DNA from: Vampirovibrionaceae bacterium NZW_1234
Lineage (GTDB): Bacteria > Cyanobacteriota > Vampirovibrionia > Vampirovibrionales > JAGQHJ01
Assembly: GCA_041697335.1 (NCBI GenBank)
Contig: JBGUGD010000007.1
Location: forward strand, 64,001-128,000
Length of the DNA: 64,000 bases
Direction of reading: 5' to 3'
Both the position numbers and the translations under genes were made by a program. The notes under the pieces were generated by a model that made no database searches, was not told the DNA's origin, and saw only the letters and a program-made list of their open reading frames with translations. Positions 29,186-40,121 of the stretch are shown piece after piece; the first letter of the stretch is position 1, and each line of letters begins with the position of its first letter.

Positions 29186-29191
29186 AGAGCT

Positions 29192-30211
29192 ATGGACATT
29201 AACGTTATTTGGTTTTTGTTGGTGGGCATCCTGTTAACCGGTTATGCGGTTCTGGATGGCTTTGATCTGGGTGTGGGCGTCCTGCATTTGTTTATCCGCA
29301 ATGACGAATACCGACGGGTTTTTCTCAACGCCATTGGTCCGGTTTGGGATGGCAATGAAGTCTGGCTGGTTACAGGTGGTGGCGCCCTTTTTGCGGCCTT
29401 CCCGACGGTGTATGCTTCGGCTTTCTCCGGGTTTTATATGGCGTTTATGCTTCTCTTGGCCGCACTTATTTTTCGGGCCGTCGCTATTGAATTTCGGAGT
29501 AAAGAGCCTTGGGCCTGGTGGCGAAACCTGTGGGATGCTGTTTTTGCTCTGGGAAGTATTGTATCTACCGTGTTGTTTGGCATTGCGCTGGGCAACATTA
29601 TTGCCGGTTTGCCCATTGGTGAGGACACCTATTTCACCCAAACCGGTCTGTTGGGATTATTGGCGCCTTACCCTGTCCTGGTGGGATTATTTGTCCTGAG
29701 CTTGTTTACGTTGCATGGCGCGATTTATTTGAATCTTAAAACCGAAGGGGAACTTCAGGATCAGATTCGTCTTTGGGTCCTTCGGGGGTTTGGCTTTTTT
29801 AATGTTCTCTATATGATGACAACGGTTGCCACCATTGTCTGGTATCCGCATATGATTGACAATTTTAGCCGTTACCCGTGGGCATGGGTTATTGCTGGGC
29901 TCACGATGCTGGCCATTGCCAATATTCCTCGGACCATGCATAAAGGCCTCGAGTATCAGGCGTTATTTACCTCCGGTGCTGTTATCAGCGGAACCTTTGC
30001 CTTGTTTGGTCTCGGTTTGTTTCCTGATCTGCTTCCCTCACGACTGAACCCGGATTGGAGCCTGACTATTTATAATGCGGCATCGTCACCACAAACCTTG
30101 CACATTATGCTCATTATCGCTCTGATTGGGATGCCTTTCGTCCTGGCCTATACTGTCAGTATTTACTGGATGTTTCGAGGCAAGGTTAAAGTGGATAAGT
30201 TCAGCTATTGA
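29192..30211 (+). CDS. cydB: cytochrome bd ubiquinol oxidase subunit II
   Basis: LDGFDLGVG, IGPVWDGNEVWL, FRAVAIEFRSK, SLTIYNAASS. Confidence 0.97.
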   Translation: MDINVIWFLLVGILLTGYAVLDGFDLGVGVLHLFIRNDEYRRVFLNAIGPVWDGNEVWLVTGGGALFAAFPTVYASAFSGFYMAFMLLLAALIFRAVAIEFRSKEPWAWWRNLWDAVFALGSIVSTVLFGIALGNIIAGLPIGEDTYFTQTGLLGLLAPYPVLVGLFVLSLFTLHGAIYLNLKTEGELQDQIRLWVLRGFGFFNVLYMMTTVATIVWYPHMIDNFSRYPWAWVIAGLTMLAIANIPRTMHKGLEYQALFTSGAVISGTFALFGLGLFPDLLPSRLNPDWSLTIYNAASSPQTLHIMLIIALIGMPFVLAYTVSIYWMFRGKVKVDKFSY

Positions 30212-30217
30212 GGCTGT

Positions 30218-32449
30218 TTACATCCGTCCTGCCAATGCTGGCATCTTGAGCGACGCTTCCGATAAATAGCGCTCCAAGGCATGCTCCAGTGCAGGTAATA
30301 AGATGCCGCGCTCGGATCCCAGTACACTGTAGCCGGGGCGAATTGCGGCCATAGAAATCTCTTGTGCTGTGCAAGGACGAATATAGCGTGTTTCCAGTCC
30401 ATGAGCTTTGGCGGCCATGGTGGCAAAGTCGGCCCAGGAAAGTTCGCTGGGGTTACTCAGATGCCACAGCCCCGATTCGCCATCAATGAGGAGATCCAAC
30501 GAGGCATTCACCAAGTCGGGTACATAGGTGGGTGAAACGATCATGTCGCTTGGGACATCCAGCATCCGCTGCAACATTACTTCTTGCAGTGACTTTGTGA
30601 CGAAGTTGTATTCATCCCAAGGGCCAAAGAAGGCACTGGTACGAATGACCAGGGATTTTTCGCTAATCGCCAGTACCCGATTTTCTGCTTCGACCTTGGT
30701 TTGACCATACACATTTAAGGGGCTTACCGGGTCGCTCTCGATATACGGTTTCAGCGATTCGCCATTAAAGACCAGATCCGACGAGAAGGTCACGAGCGGG
30801 ATACCCATTTCCTGACAAACCGAGGCCAGGTTAGCCGGACCCACCACGTTGGAAAGCCAGCAGATATGGGCATCGGATTCGGCATCATCCACCCGGACAT
30901 ACCCGGCGGCATTCACAACAGCCCACGGATTCAGTTGCCTCAAGGTCTCCTCGACTGAAGCAAAATGGTGAATGTCCATATCCCGACGACTTAAAAGATA
31001 ATAGGGAATTCCCCGAATGTCACAAATTCGAGCAAAGGCTTTGCCCAGGGTTCCGTTGGCACCAACAATGACTAGGGGCTGAATATGTTGGCACCGTTGG
31101 GTCACCTCGCAATTCTCCGTGCCCACAAGACCGAAATTACAGACCGAGGCTTTCGGGTAGTGCAAGCGATCGCTTCTGCGCCACCAGCCTTCGATGTCCA
31201 GGATCGGGTGATGATAGGGCTTTCCTGTGGCAAAATGCGTGATCATTTTTGTAAGTGCAGTAGGACGTGGGCTATCGCCTCGAAGATCATAGGCCCCCGA
31301 TTCATAGAAGCCGTTATCCTGGGTGACCAGACTGTTCCAGTCAAACGCTCCCAAGAGAGACCAGACCGTCACAGCACGAACATCAACCCCTTCGGCTCGT
31401 AATTTTTCAGCTGCACCCCAAATTTCCCAGAGCCATCGCATCTGCTCATCTCTCGTACAGCCGAGATGGGCCTCCGTTACTGCGACAGGAAGCCCATAGC
31501 GATCGAACGCTTCTCTTAACAATGTCTGGTGCCCGGCATAGTCTTCCGGATGGACACGAACCGCTTCAACGTCGGCGTAGGCATCTTTGCCGTTTCCGCC
31601 ATGAAAATGGGACGGATAGCACTCCAAATTTTCATCCAGGAACCGATCACTGGTGAGATAGTGATTAATGCCGAGAATATCAGGTGGGCAGGGATTTTCC
31701 TCAAACCAGGCCAGTTCAGTTGGGTTAATACCGGCATGGATAAAGTAATCCCACAACCGATGCTGTGAATTGATGCGTCCACAGAGGAGGTCAAAAGACA
31801 GCCAACGACGCTCGTTTTCCAACTCGGCCTGATAGGCAAGTTTCGGCGTACTATAGATCTTCCCCAAGTCTTCCGTTTGAATCAATTGGGCCTCAGGATT
31901 AATTTGCCGAATCCGCTTCATCGCGAGAATCGTGCCCTTGCACTCATGCATCAACGCGAGCAGGAATGTTTTGTCATCTTGGCCATGGGGGTACCAATGC
32001 CCATATAAGCCGCTAAATCGTGCTGTTGTCAGCGGCTCGTTAACGGGTGTATACCGATTGGCCCAAGGGTATCGGGATGCCACCGCTTCAGCGTAATCGG
32101 CAAGTTTCTCTGGAAAAGCAGGATCGATGAGACTGGTTGAGCGGGGGCCGCTGCCATGATGGACCAGGCCGATGATAGGGTTAATATTTCGCTCTCGAAG
32201 GCCAGAAAGGCGTTCGTCCGGCCATGACCAATCGGCAGATTCGAGGCCTTCAGGTGCGATATGCTCCCACAGCACCGGGTAGCGTAGCGTCCGGATGCCG
32301 AGTTCGGCAAACAAGTCCAGATCGCTCTGTCGGTAGAGATGTCCATTGCGTTCGAGTTGATTGAAATAGATATCACCAACCCGGTTGATGGTGCATTCTA
32401 ATCCACCCCAAATCTCGAGGGCGGATCCTCGCGTGGCGATTGGAGCCAT
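30218..32449 (-). CDS. fusion: GH1-like glycoside hydrolase + dTDP-4-dehydrorhamnose reductase (RmlD-like SDR)
   Basis: WGGLECTINRV, VNEP, VTEAH in the N-terminal GH1 part; GANGTLG, NAAGYVRVD, FSSDLVF, YGQTK, SPTYVPDL in the C-terminal RmlD part; ATG at 32449. Confidence 0.9.
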   Translation of the reverse strand: MAPIATRGSALEIWGGLECTINRVGDIYFNQLERNGHLYRQSDLDLFAELGIRTLRYPVLWEHIAPEGLESADWSWPDERLSGLRERNINPIIGLVHHGSGPRSTSLIDPAFPEKLADYAEAVASRYPWANRYTPVNEPLTTARFSGLYGHWYPHGQDDKTFLLALMHECKGTILAMKRIRQINPEAQLIQTEDLGKIYSTPKLAYQAELENERRWLSFDLLCGRINSQHRLWDYFIHAGINPTELAWFEENPCPPDILGINHYLTSDRFLDENLECYPSHFHGGNGKDAYADVEAVRVHPEDYAGHQTLLREAFDRYGLPVAVTEAHLGCTRDEQMRWLWEIWGAAEKLRAEGVDVRAVTVWSLLGAFDWNSLVTQDNGFYESGAYDLRGDSPRPTALTKMITHFATGKPYHHPILDIEGWWRRSDRLHYPKASVCNFGLVGTENCEVTQRCQHIQPLVIVGANGTLGKAFARICDIRGIPYYLLSRRDMDIHHFASVEETLRQLNPWAVVNAAGYVRVDDAESDAHICWLSNVVGPANLASVCQEMGIPLVTFSSDLVFNGESLKPYIESDPVSPLNVYGQTKVEAENRVLAISEKSLVIRTSAFFGPWDEYNFVTKSLQEVMLQRMLDVPSDMIVSPTYVPDLVNASLDLLIDGESGLWHLSNPSELSWADFATMAAKAHGLETRYIRPCTAQEISMAAIRPGYSVLGSERGILLPALEHALERYLSEASLKMPALAGRM

Positions 32450-32471
32450 AACGCTATACCCCCTTGGTTGT

Positions 32472-34823
32472 TTATGCCTGTACCAGTTGTACTTTGCTTT
32501 TGCTGGTTTTTTCTCCCTTGAGCTGTTTATAGGTGGCCAGCGCCTGTGCCACAACCTGGTCCATGTTGTAATATTTATAGGTCCCCAGGCGCCCTACAAA
32601 ATGTACGTTTGGTAAGGCATCCGCCAGGAGCTTATAACGGTTATACAACACGTTGTTTTCGGGTCGAGGAATGGGATAGTAAGGATCGCCCTCTGAGCGG
32701 GAGTATTCATACACGATGCTGGTTTTTGGGTGCTGCTGACCCGTGCAGTGCTTGAATTCCGTCACGCGGGTGTAGTCATAATTATTGGGATAGTTGACTA
32801 CCGCCACCGGCTGGTGCCATTCCTTGTTTAACGTCTCATGACGAAACTCCAGCGAACGATAAGGCAGTTTGCCATATTTAAAATTGAAAAACTCATCAAT
32901 GGGTCCTGTATAAATGAGCTCCTGATAGGGGATCATCTGGATGATGTCCTTGTAATTGGTGTTCAGCATAATTTTAATGTTTGGATGCGACAGCATGTTT
33001 TGAAACATCCGGGTATACCCATGCAACGGCATTGCCTGATAGGTGTCCCCAAAATATCGATCGTCGTCATTGGTTCGCGTGGGGACTCGTGCCGTGACGC
33101 ATTTGTCTAACTCGTGCGGGTAAATTCCCCATTGTTTTTTCGTGTAGCCTTTAAAGAATTTCTCGTACAAGTCCCGTCCCACGACATTTAAGACAACATC
33201 TTCCGATGTCAGGATGGGATCGCGCTTTTCGGCGACGTTTTCCAAAAACGCCTTGGCCCCGTCCTGATCCAGGTTCAGATTATAAAGTGTATTAATGGTG
33301 GTCAGGTTAATGGGAATCGGAACAAGTTGACCGTCCACGTAGGCCAAAACCCGATGCTCATAATCCCACCACAAGGTGAATTTCGAAAGATAATCGAAGA
33401 CCTCTTTTGAATTGGTGTGAAACAGGTGGGGGCCATAGCGATGCACTAAAAGCCCTGCTTCATCATACTCATCGTAAGCGTTTCCCCCAATATGAGAGCG
33501 ACGATCCACGATCAATACCTTATTGCCTGCAGTGGCCAGGCGCTCTGCCAAAACACTACCTGCAAAACCTGCACCGACAATTAAGTAGTCAAACCCCTTG
33601 TATTCATGGATTTTAATAATGCTGTTATTGGTAATGACTTTATAATTGGGGTATTTTTGCTTGTGTTCAATGGTCTCTCGGATATGCTGTTTCATCGATG
33701 CCCAGGTTTTATCCCACGAAGTGCGCGATAAAAATGCTTCTACGGCCTGGCTCCATTGGGTGTTATCCTGACTTTCCTCCAATGACGAGGCAATGGCGTC
33801 GACAAACCCCTCTGGTGTGTCGGCTATTTTAACCAGGTTCAAGGCTTCATAGGGTACCACAACATCCTGAATCGGTGTCGAAACGACTCGCTTACCCGCC
33901 GCTAAAAACTCGGGCGTCTTGGTCGGGCTAATGAACCGGGTGGATTCATTGAGGGCAAAAGGCATCATGGCTACATCCCATCCCGCAATATATTGGGGCA
34001 GCTCTTCGTAATGTTTGCCTCCTAAATAATGGATGTTTGGCATATTGGGCAAGATTGCCGGATCAATCTTGACCACGGGGCCAATAACCACCAGTTGCCA
34101 GTCAGGGCGCATTTCGGCCATGCCCTTTAAGAGATCAATGTCCATGCGCTCATCGATAACACCAAAGAAGCCGATACGCGGATGCGGAATATGGGCTTGA
34201 TCCGCAGGCTCCTCATGGTGTGATTTGGCTTTGGCAAAGTGGTGAACATCTACGCTACTGGGAAACGCATGGACATTGTGATGACATTCTTTTTTGGCTT
34301 CGTAGAGACTCTGGCCACCGGTAAAGATGATGTCCGCAATTCCAAATAGCTCTCTTTCCCGATCCACTAATTCCGGTGGGGCCCCTTTAAAGGCAGATAA
34401 CTGATCCATGCAATCGTATACAGTTGCCAATGGCTCCAGGTGTGACGAAAAGGGCAACGCCATGGGCGTATAATACCAGGTCACATAGTGGGTAATATTT
34501 TCACGCTCCAGAAGCTCATCTACCAGCTTTGTCAGAGCTTCATGCCTTTCAGGTTCATCTAACGTATCGGGTAAGTGCGGAATCACCACAATGACACCGT
34601 CCTGATTCGGAAAACTGACATGCAGCAACGGTTCTGGATGGGTGTGGATGACGGGCTCCTCAACATAAAAAACCCGATGCTCTTTGGCATAGCGGCTTAA
34701 TAAGTGTTGTGGACGCTGGAAAACAAAGTTCCAGCGCAGGTGTGAAAAACAAATCAAGTCATACGATTGCGGGAGGTGTCGATTGCCCAAAGGGCCGTGT
34801 GTTGACATATCAAAATCAGCCAT
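32472..34823 (-). CDS. glf: fusion: GT-B glycosyltransferase + UDP-galactopyranose mutase
   Basis: N-terminal FSHLRWNFVFQRPQHL...YDCMD...ISPTKTPEFLAAG; C-terminal VGAGFAG, HIGGNAYD, YGPHLFHT, GRLGTYKYYNMDQ. Confidence 0.93.
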   Translation of the reverse strand: MADFDMSTHGPLGNRHLPQSYDLICFSHLRWNFVFQRPQHLLSRYAKEHRVFYVEEPVIHTHPEPLLHVSFPNQDGVIVVIPHLPDTLDEPERHEALTKLVDELLERENITHYVTWYYTPMALPFSSHLEPLATVYDCMDQLSAFKGAPPELVDRERELFGIADIIFTGGQSLYEAKKECHHNVHAFPSSVDVHHFAKAKSHHEEPADQAHIPHPRIGFFGVIDERMDIDLLKGMAEMRPDWQLVVIGPVVKIDPAILPNMPNIHYLGGKHYEELPQYIAGWDVAMMPFALNESTRFISPTKTPEFLAAGKRVVSTPIQDVVVPYEALNLVKIADTPEGFVDAIASSLEESQDNTQWSQAVEAFLSRTSWDKTWASMKQHIRETIEHKQKYPNYKVITNNSIIKIHEYKGFDYLIVGAGFAGSVLAERLATAGNKVLIVDRRSHIGGNAYDEYDEAGLLVHRYGPHLFHTNSKEVFDYLSKFTLWWDYEHRVLAYVDGQLVPIPINLTTINTLYNLNLDQDGAKAFLENVAEKRDPILTSEDVVLNVVGRDLYEKFFKGYTKKQWGIYPHELDKCVTARVPTRTNDDDRYFGDTYQAMPLHGYTRMFQNMLSHPNIKIMLNTNYKDIIQMIPYQELIYTGPIDEFFNFKYGKLPYRSLEFRHETLNKEWHQPVAVVNYPNNYDYTRVTEFKHCTGQQHPKTSIVYEYSRSEGDPYYPIPRPENNVLYNRYKLLADALPNVHFVGRLGTYKYYNMDQVVAQALATYKQLKGEKTSKSKVQLVQA

Positions 34824-34827
34824 CGTC

Positions 34828-35064
34828 TTAATTTTCCGTATTCTTTGCTAATAATGTTTCGAGTTCCTCAAAGAGGGTCTGAATGCTTTCAAATGATTGA
34901 GGAGAATCTTTGGACAAAACGTTATTCAGCAAGACCGGTTCTTCCTGATACCAGAACATGGCAGTTTCGCCATGCTTCTCCAGAAGTTCCATGGACGAAA
35001 TGGGAAACTGAAGCTCAAGAACTCCTAACGAGGCGGTTAACCCCTGAGCGGCTTTTCTAATCAT
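34828..35064 (-). CDS. small hypothetical protein (weakly DUF2795-like)
   Basis: AAGGAG RBS before ATG 35064; LQFPISSMELLEKHG; stop lies 4 nt upstream of the GT-glf start. Confidence 0.6.
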   Translation of the reverse strand: MIRKAAQGLTASLGVLELQFPISSMELLEKHGETAMFWYQEEPVLLNNVLSKDSPQSFESIQTLFEELETLLAKNTEN

Positions 35065-35307
35065 GCATTCTCTCTCCTTTGCCAAAATACATGTTGGCTC
35101 TATCTTGAGCCCAACCCTGCGTGGCAAACGATACCTTTCGAATGTGTCCATTGATTCCGTTTATGGACAGTGATTATGGCTTAACCGCATTCAACAAGGA
35201 ATTGCCCATGGTGCTATTTATAAAATAGTCATCTGGACAGTGACAGTTTGAGATAAATTCTCGTCGTTTTATAGGCTGAAAGGCTTTTTGGGAGAGAAGG
35301 ATAGCTT

Positions 35308-36546
35308 TTAGAAAATTTCATGAACACCTTGGCTTGCCCGTGTGGTAAAAAAACGAGGCACACGGGAAAAATGTTGATGATAGGCTTCAGAAAGGGTCTG
35401 TTTAAACGACCCAATGGCATCGTTGGCCACGAGGTTGATGGTGCATCCCCCAAATCCTCCTCCAGTCATCCGGGCACCCAAAACCCCAGGGATTGTGAAG
35501 GCCGTGGATACCAGAACATCCAACTCGTCACAGCTCACCTGATAATCATCTCTCAGCGATGCATGTGAGGCACCCATCAGCTCCCCCAGTTGGGGAATAT
35601 TCCCAAGTCGAAGCGCTTCGGCTGCCCGGAGCGTCCGATCGTTTTCACTGACGACATGATGAACGCGCTGGCGAATGATGGGATCGGGAATTATTGCTGC
35701 GTATTCTTCAAGCTGAGTCAAACTCACTTCTCTCAATGATTGCAGACCCGGAAGAACGGAAGACAGGAACTCAACCCCGGTTCGACATTCTTGTCGGCGC
35801 TGATTATAGGCTGACGAAGCCAGGTTGTGCTTTACTCCTGAATCGCACACCACAAGGGCATGGTTGCCCAGTTGCATGGGAATCGGGGTGGGCGTTAGAC
35901 TCTGGCAATCAATCAAGAGGGCATGATCTTCAATGCCCAACGCACTGATAAATTGATCCATAATTCCGCACTGGGTTCCCACATAGCGATGTTCTGCTGC
36001 TTGCCCAGCCAGCGCCATTTTGATCCGATCAATCTCGTCATAGCCCGAAAGTTTTAATAGCGTGTAGGCCACCGCATTTTCCAATGCCGCCGAGGAAGAT
36101 AATCCCGCCCCGGAGGGGACGTTGCTGTCGATAAGAAGATTTGCCCCCTTGAGCTGCCAGCCGGCTTCTTCCAGACTGTAGGCTACGCCACGGACATAAT
36201 TGCGCCACGAGCTTTTTTCGGCAGCCTCTGGGGTATCCAGTGAGAAAATATCCCCTTGGGAACGGCTGATAGAATGGACCTGAATCGTCCGATCCGAGCG
36301 GGGGGTTGCTACAATCAGCGTTCCCCACTCGATGGCCATGGGCAGGACAAAGCCGTCATTATAGTCGGTATGTTCACCAATCAGGTTTACCCGGCCTGGG
36401 GCTTTAAAAAAACGAGGGGCGCAGTCGGTTTCAAACAACCCAGCAAAGAGTTGCTGCAAAGCCGGAAGGTCGAAAGCCTTTTCTGGTTCTGCTAAAACCG
36501 AGGCTCCCTTTGACATCGATGTTGTTGGAGAACTGGGATTTTCCAT
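35308..36546 (-). CDS. galK: galactokinase
   Basis: APGRVNLIGEHTDYNDGFVLP, PSGAGLSSSAA, CGIMDQ, GARMTGGGFGGC. Confidence 0.97.
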   Translation of the reverse strand: MENPSSPTTSMSKGASVLAEPEKAFDLPALQQLFAGLFETDCAPRFFKAPGRVNLIGEHTDYNDGFVLPMAIEWGTLIVATPRSDRTIQVHSISRSQGDIFSLDTPEAAEKSSWRNYVRGVAYSLEEAGWQLKGANLLIDSNVPSGAGLSSSAALENAVAYTLLKLSGYDEIDRIKMALAGQAAEHRYVGTQCGIMDQFISALGIEDHALLIDCQSLTPTPIPMQLGNHALVVCDSGVKHNLASSAYNQRRQECRTGVEFLSSVLPGLQSLREVSLTQLEEYAAIIPDPIIRQRVHHVVSENDRTLRAAEALRLGNIPQLGELMGASHASLRDDYQVSCDELDVLVSTAFTIPGVLGARMTGGGFGGCTINLVANDAIGSFKQTLSEAYHQHFSRVPRFFTTRASQGVHEIF

Positions 36547-36629
36547 AGAACGGACTTCTTTCCAAACAGGCCAGATTCAGCCCTAGTTTCACTCACGTAG
36601 AGCTATGATAGCGTTCGAAGGACAAAATG

Positions 36630-38291
36630 CTATTGGTCGAAGTACCCAATTCGTTCAAGGGGATCCTCGTGCAATGTATCCAGTAAGTCCGGAAGAATCG
36701 TTTTGGTAAAATTCCGGGGCTCATAATCCGGCAACCGAATCAACCCAACGGGGTGAAGCCGTAAATCGTTAGGGGAGCCCATCATGGCGTCGTCCCAATT
36801 AAATTGATCCATGAGGCTGTACCAGGTAAAACCGAGGACCGGAATGCCAAACTTCATCAGTTGGGCCAGTTCCACCAATTGCTTTACGCCCCAGTCTTCA
36901 CTGCCATGATCAAAAAAGTTGGTTTCGGTATGGAGAATGGGCAATTGATAGCGGTTCCAATAGTCCACACACATCCGGGCCAGGCCCTTGCGGTGACCTG
37001 CCAGAATTTCTTTTTCGTAGGTATCGACACAGGTTTTGGTCAACGGAAACACATGATCCGGTTGCACGATTTCGCAGGCCAGATAGTAATCGACGCCAAA
37101 CACCGTGTCGGCCTTCATGGTTTTTTGAAATTCCTGTTGAAATCGCTGGTGGTATTCTCGAATCACTTCCAATTGGTGGACCAGCGATTCCACATCTTCC
37201 CGTAAATGGTCTTGGCGCACATATTGACGGGCCATCCATTTATACATATCCGAGCTTTGGTAATCGCCATCTAACAGCCAATCCTGCCCCAAAATCAAGT
37301 CACTGGTCAAAAAGCGCCGGTACTCGTTAAAGTTGAAATCATCGGGTTGATACTCGCAACTTTCGTTATGAATAAACAACAAACGCCGTTCTTCTTTTTG
37401 GAGCTTCAACTCAATGGCATAGCGTGTCGTCACGGCAGCTTTTGCGATGAGGAGAGCACGCTTGATAAAGTAATGATCGTACATGGGGTGATCGTAGCGT
37501 CCGGGCATGGCTTCATTCCAAACCACCGAACTAAAGCGGTTGGTGATCAGCGGTTCATTCACCAAGGTAACCGCATCCAGTTCATCCAGATAGCGATGGA
37601 TGACGCCCATGGAAAATTCGGTAAAATAAGTTGGCCATTTGGGGTTCAGATAAATACTTTCATCCGGGTGCGCATCGTTGCGAAACTCTGACGGGAGACC
37701 GAAATGCTGTAAGTCCAGGCTAATGCGGATGTTCTGCTCTCGAAATTCTCTTAAAATCGTATCGAATTCATTCCATTCTTCCGGTGTGTCGAGCTGATGG
37801 GTTGGCATACCCAGGCGAACGTTATGAATTTTTAACAGGGGAAGCAAATCCACTTGCTTGCGGCGATGATCGGGATCATAGATTCCGGCTAAAGCCAACT
37901 GATCCCAACGCTCACCCTCGGGGCTTTCAGGGTTGCTGCATTCAATGCCGGTCCAGAGAAAATCAGTAAAGGTTTTTTTAAATAGCGACAGCGTTTCCTG
38001 ATTTTCAGCTTGGCGGGTTTCATCCAGGTGCGTTATGGGATCCAAGGGGATGGAGGCTATGTAGCGGTACTCCGGCTGACGAAGCTTTTTTTCCGACCAG
38101 CGGAAGAAGTTATGAATCTGTCTGTCCAGCGCCGTATGCCCGGTCGGCAAGACGTTGATATGCAGCAATTCATCAGTGACTTCCTGAACAGGCTGAATAG
38201 TCGGAGGGACCGTTGACAGCACCACCGCGTTCGGTTCAGGCTGTTCAGCCTCCGGAGGAATGGAATTTAAGACGCTCTCCTTTTCAATCAT
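36630..38291 (-). CDS. GH1-like glycoside hydrolase (intact paralog of 16023-17669)
   Basis: LWTGIECSNP, DLQHFGLP, VNEP acid/base, HTET nucleophile, GFTWYSLMDQFNW. Confidence 0.85.
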   Translation of the reverse strand: MIEKESVLNSIPPEAEQPEPNAVVLSTVPPTIQPVQEVTDELLHINVLPTGHTALDRQIHNFFRWSEKKLRQPEYRYIASIPLDPITHLDETRQAENQETLSLFKKTFTDFLWTGIECSNPESPEGERWDQLALAGIYDPDHRRKQVDLLPLLKIHNVRLGMPTHQLDTPEEWNEFDTILREFREQNIRISLDLQHFGLPSEFRNDAHPDESIYLNPKWPTYFTEFSMGVIHRYLDELDAVTLVNEPLITNRFSSVVWNEAMPGRYDHPMYDHYFIKRALLIAKAAVTTRYAIELKLQKEERRLLFIHNESCEYQPDDFNFNEYRRFLTSDLILGQDWLLDGDYQSSDMYKWMARQYVRQDHLREDVESLVHQLEVIREYHQRFQQEFQKTMKADTVFGVDYYLACEIVQPDHVFPLTKTCVDTYEKEILAGHRKGLARMCVDYWNRYQLPILHTETNFFDHGSEDWGVKQLVELAQLMKFGIPVLGFTWYSLMDQFNWDDAMMGSPNDLRLHPVGLIRLPDYEPRNFTKTILPDLLDTLHEDPLERIGYFDQ

Positions 38292-38467
38292 GGTATGCCT
38301 TCTTCTCTTAGGTCGTTAAGTGTGGGGCCTCGGAAAAAAACGCTTATCTTAATGGATTATGCCATTTCTTTTTTCCAAGACTAGGGGTTTTTCAAAGAAT
38401 TTTTAGGGATCTCGCGGCGAATCTCGGAGGTCCCATTGAACTTGGCTTTGGAGCTTCAAAGTCCTGC

Positions 38468-39799
38468 TTATGGTGACGGTGTCCGAAGCACAACCATATT
38501 GCCTTTTAAACTGCCTCCCAGCGATTGAACCTGAGCCTTGGCATCGTGCCAATACACGACGCCTTGGTCATAGAATGCTTCAGGGTGAGGTGGGAGCGTC
38601 ATTCCCAGGAGGCCGCAATAAAGATCTTTCACCGTGGCCAGGTACTGATCGGGTCTGCCGATGTCGCTCCAGTAAAAGGGCTCTTTGAGCACATGAGCCC
38701 ACATGGCCGGGGACGAGGACGAATGGGGCGGGGTATGTTGCTTGCCCTCTACCAGACTGGGAAAGTAATCCATTGCGTAATCAAATTCCGGGCTTTTGTT
38801 CCATTTAGCCAACCCGGTTTGAACGAAGCCATCGTAGGCTTCTGGAGCAATGACGTAAAATCCGATGCTGCCGGTCCGGTTATCACCGGCTTCGGCCAAT
38901 GAGGGTTTTTCCTTGAAATACAAAATGGATCCCGACTGTTTGTCTTCGCCGGATTGATCCGTCACCACAATGGCCATCTGATTCACTTGTTGATCCGTGA
39001 TGGTTTTAACGCCGATGGTCACTTTGGCATGATGGGCCGCATGGGCTTCGAGCAATTCCGAGATGTCGGCGTTGGTTACCGCATCTCCTTGCATAATTAA
39101 GATAGGCTGGTTTTGATCGATCCACTGATTTTGCAAGGCTTTTACCAAGCCCCCTGCGGTTCCGGACGGGGCCTCCTCGTCAATAAATACAAAGCTGAGC
39201 CCGTCAATGGCCGTCAGCTGGGATTTAATGATGTGGGGTTTATAGTACGTGTTCACATAGATCCGTCGAATGCCGTGGGCATACAAATGTTTGGCCAGGA
39301 CGACAATCACGGAATCCTCTCCGAGCAACGGGACCCCGGGTTTGGGATAGCCGGTGATATCGCCGGATATGGGGACAAACCGGCTGGCCAGCCCGGCCCC
39401 CAGGATCATGGCCTGATCCGTGACCTGTTGAACGGAACGCCGCGCTGTGGGAATAAGCGGGGCTTGGCTGAATCCCTGGATTGGGTCTCCTGGCATATCG
39501 ACCTGGGTATCGGGCAGACGAATCTGACTGCCGGGCATGGCAATACAGGTAATGTCGCCTGTGCGCAGAATGCCGAAATAACCAGCTTTTTCTTTCCGAA
39601 ATTCGATGGTTGTTTTGGCATTGGTGGATTGCCGAACGCGTGCCAGAATCGGATGGGTCTCTGGCGGGGTGTCCGGCGATACGGGGAGCCAGATGGTGCT
39701 CTTCTGCCATCCTTTCTCATCGGCTTCCGTTTGCATGGTGAGAGGGCTTGAGCCTTGTCTGGCGGATGCTTCCAGCCGTACTGTTTCCGATACCGTCAT
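38468..39799 (-). CDS. sugar-phosphate nucleotidyltransferase (NTP_transferase) with N-terminal extension
   Basis: AMILGAGLASRF...PKP, GTAGG, MQGD, FKEKP, YWSDIG. Confidence 0.88.
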   Translation of the reverse strand: MTVSETVRLEASARQGSSPLTMQTEADEKGWQKSTIWLPVSPDTPPETHPILARVRQSTNAKTTIEFRKEKAGYFGILRTGDITCIAMPGSQIRLPDTQVDMPGDPIQGFSQAPLIPTARRSVQQVTDQAMILGAGLASRFVPISGDITGYPKPGVPLLGEDSVIVVLAKHLYAHGIRRIYVNTYYKPHIIKSQLTAIDGLSFVFIDEEAPSGTAGGLVKALQNQWIDQNQPILIMQGDAVTNADISELLEAHAAHHAKVTIGVKTITDQQVNQMAIVVTDQSGEDKQSGSILYFKEKPSLAEAGDNRTGSIGFYVIAPEAYDGFVQTGLAKWNKSPEFDYAMDYFPSLVEGKQHTPPHSSSSPAMWAHVLKEPFYWSDIGRPDQYLATVKDLYCGLLGMTLPPHPEAFYDQGVVYWHDAKAQVQSLGGSLKGNMVVLRTPSP

Positions 39800-40121
39800 T
39801 GTCTTCTCTATCCTTTGTTATCCCTTTGTTCGCTCCCGGATGTCGAATGTTTCTTTTCATCAATGTCATCCGTCTCTGCAAAGAATCATTTTGGGACGAG
39901 TACTCGCCTCTGGCTATTGCCCGCTCCGGTGTGATTTGAAGTGATGGCCATGTTTTTTTCGGATGAGTCTGCTGTGATATGGAAACTCAGTCTGTCAATG
40001 GGAAAAATACGGCTCCTCAAATTTTTTGTCCTAACTTTTGAAATTGGTCGTTCAGGATGCAATTGGGCAAGTGGCTAACTTTCATACTCAACGTTTTATG
40101 ACACAGTAGCGTTATGTATTC

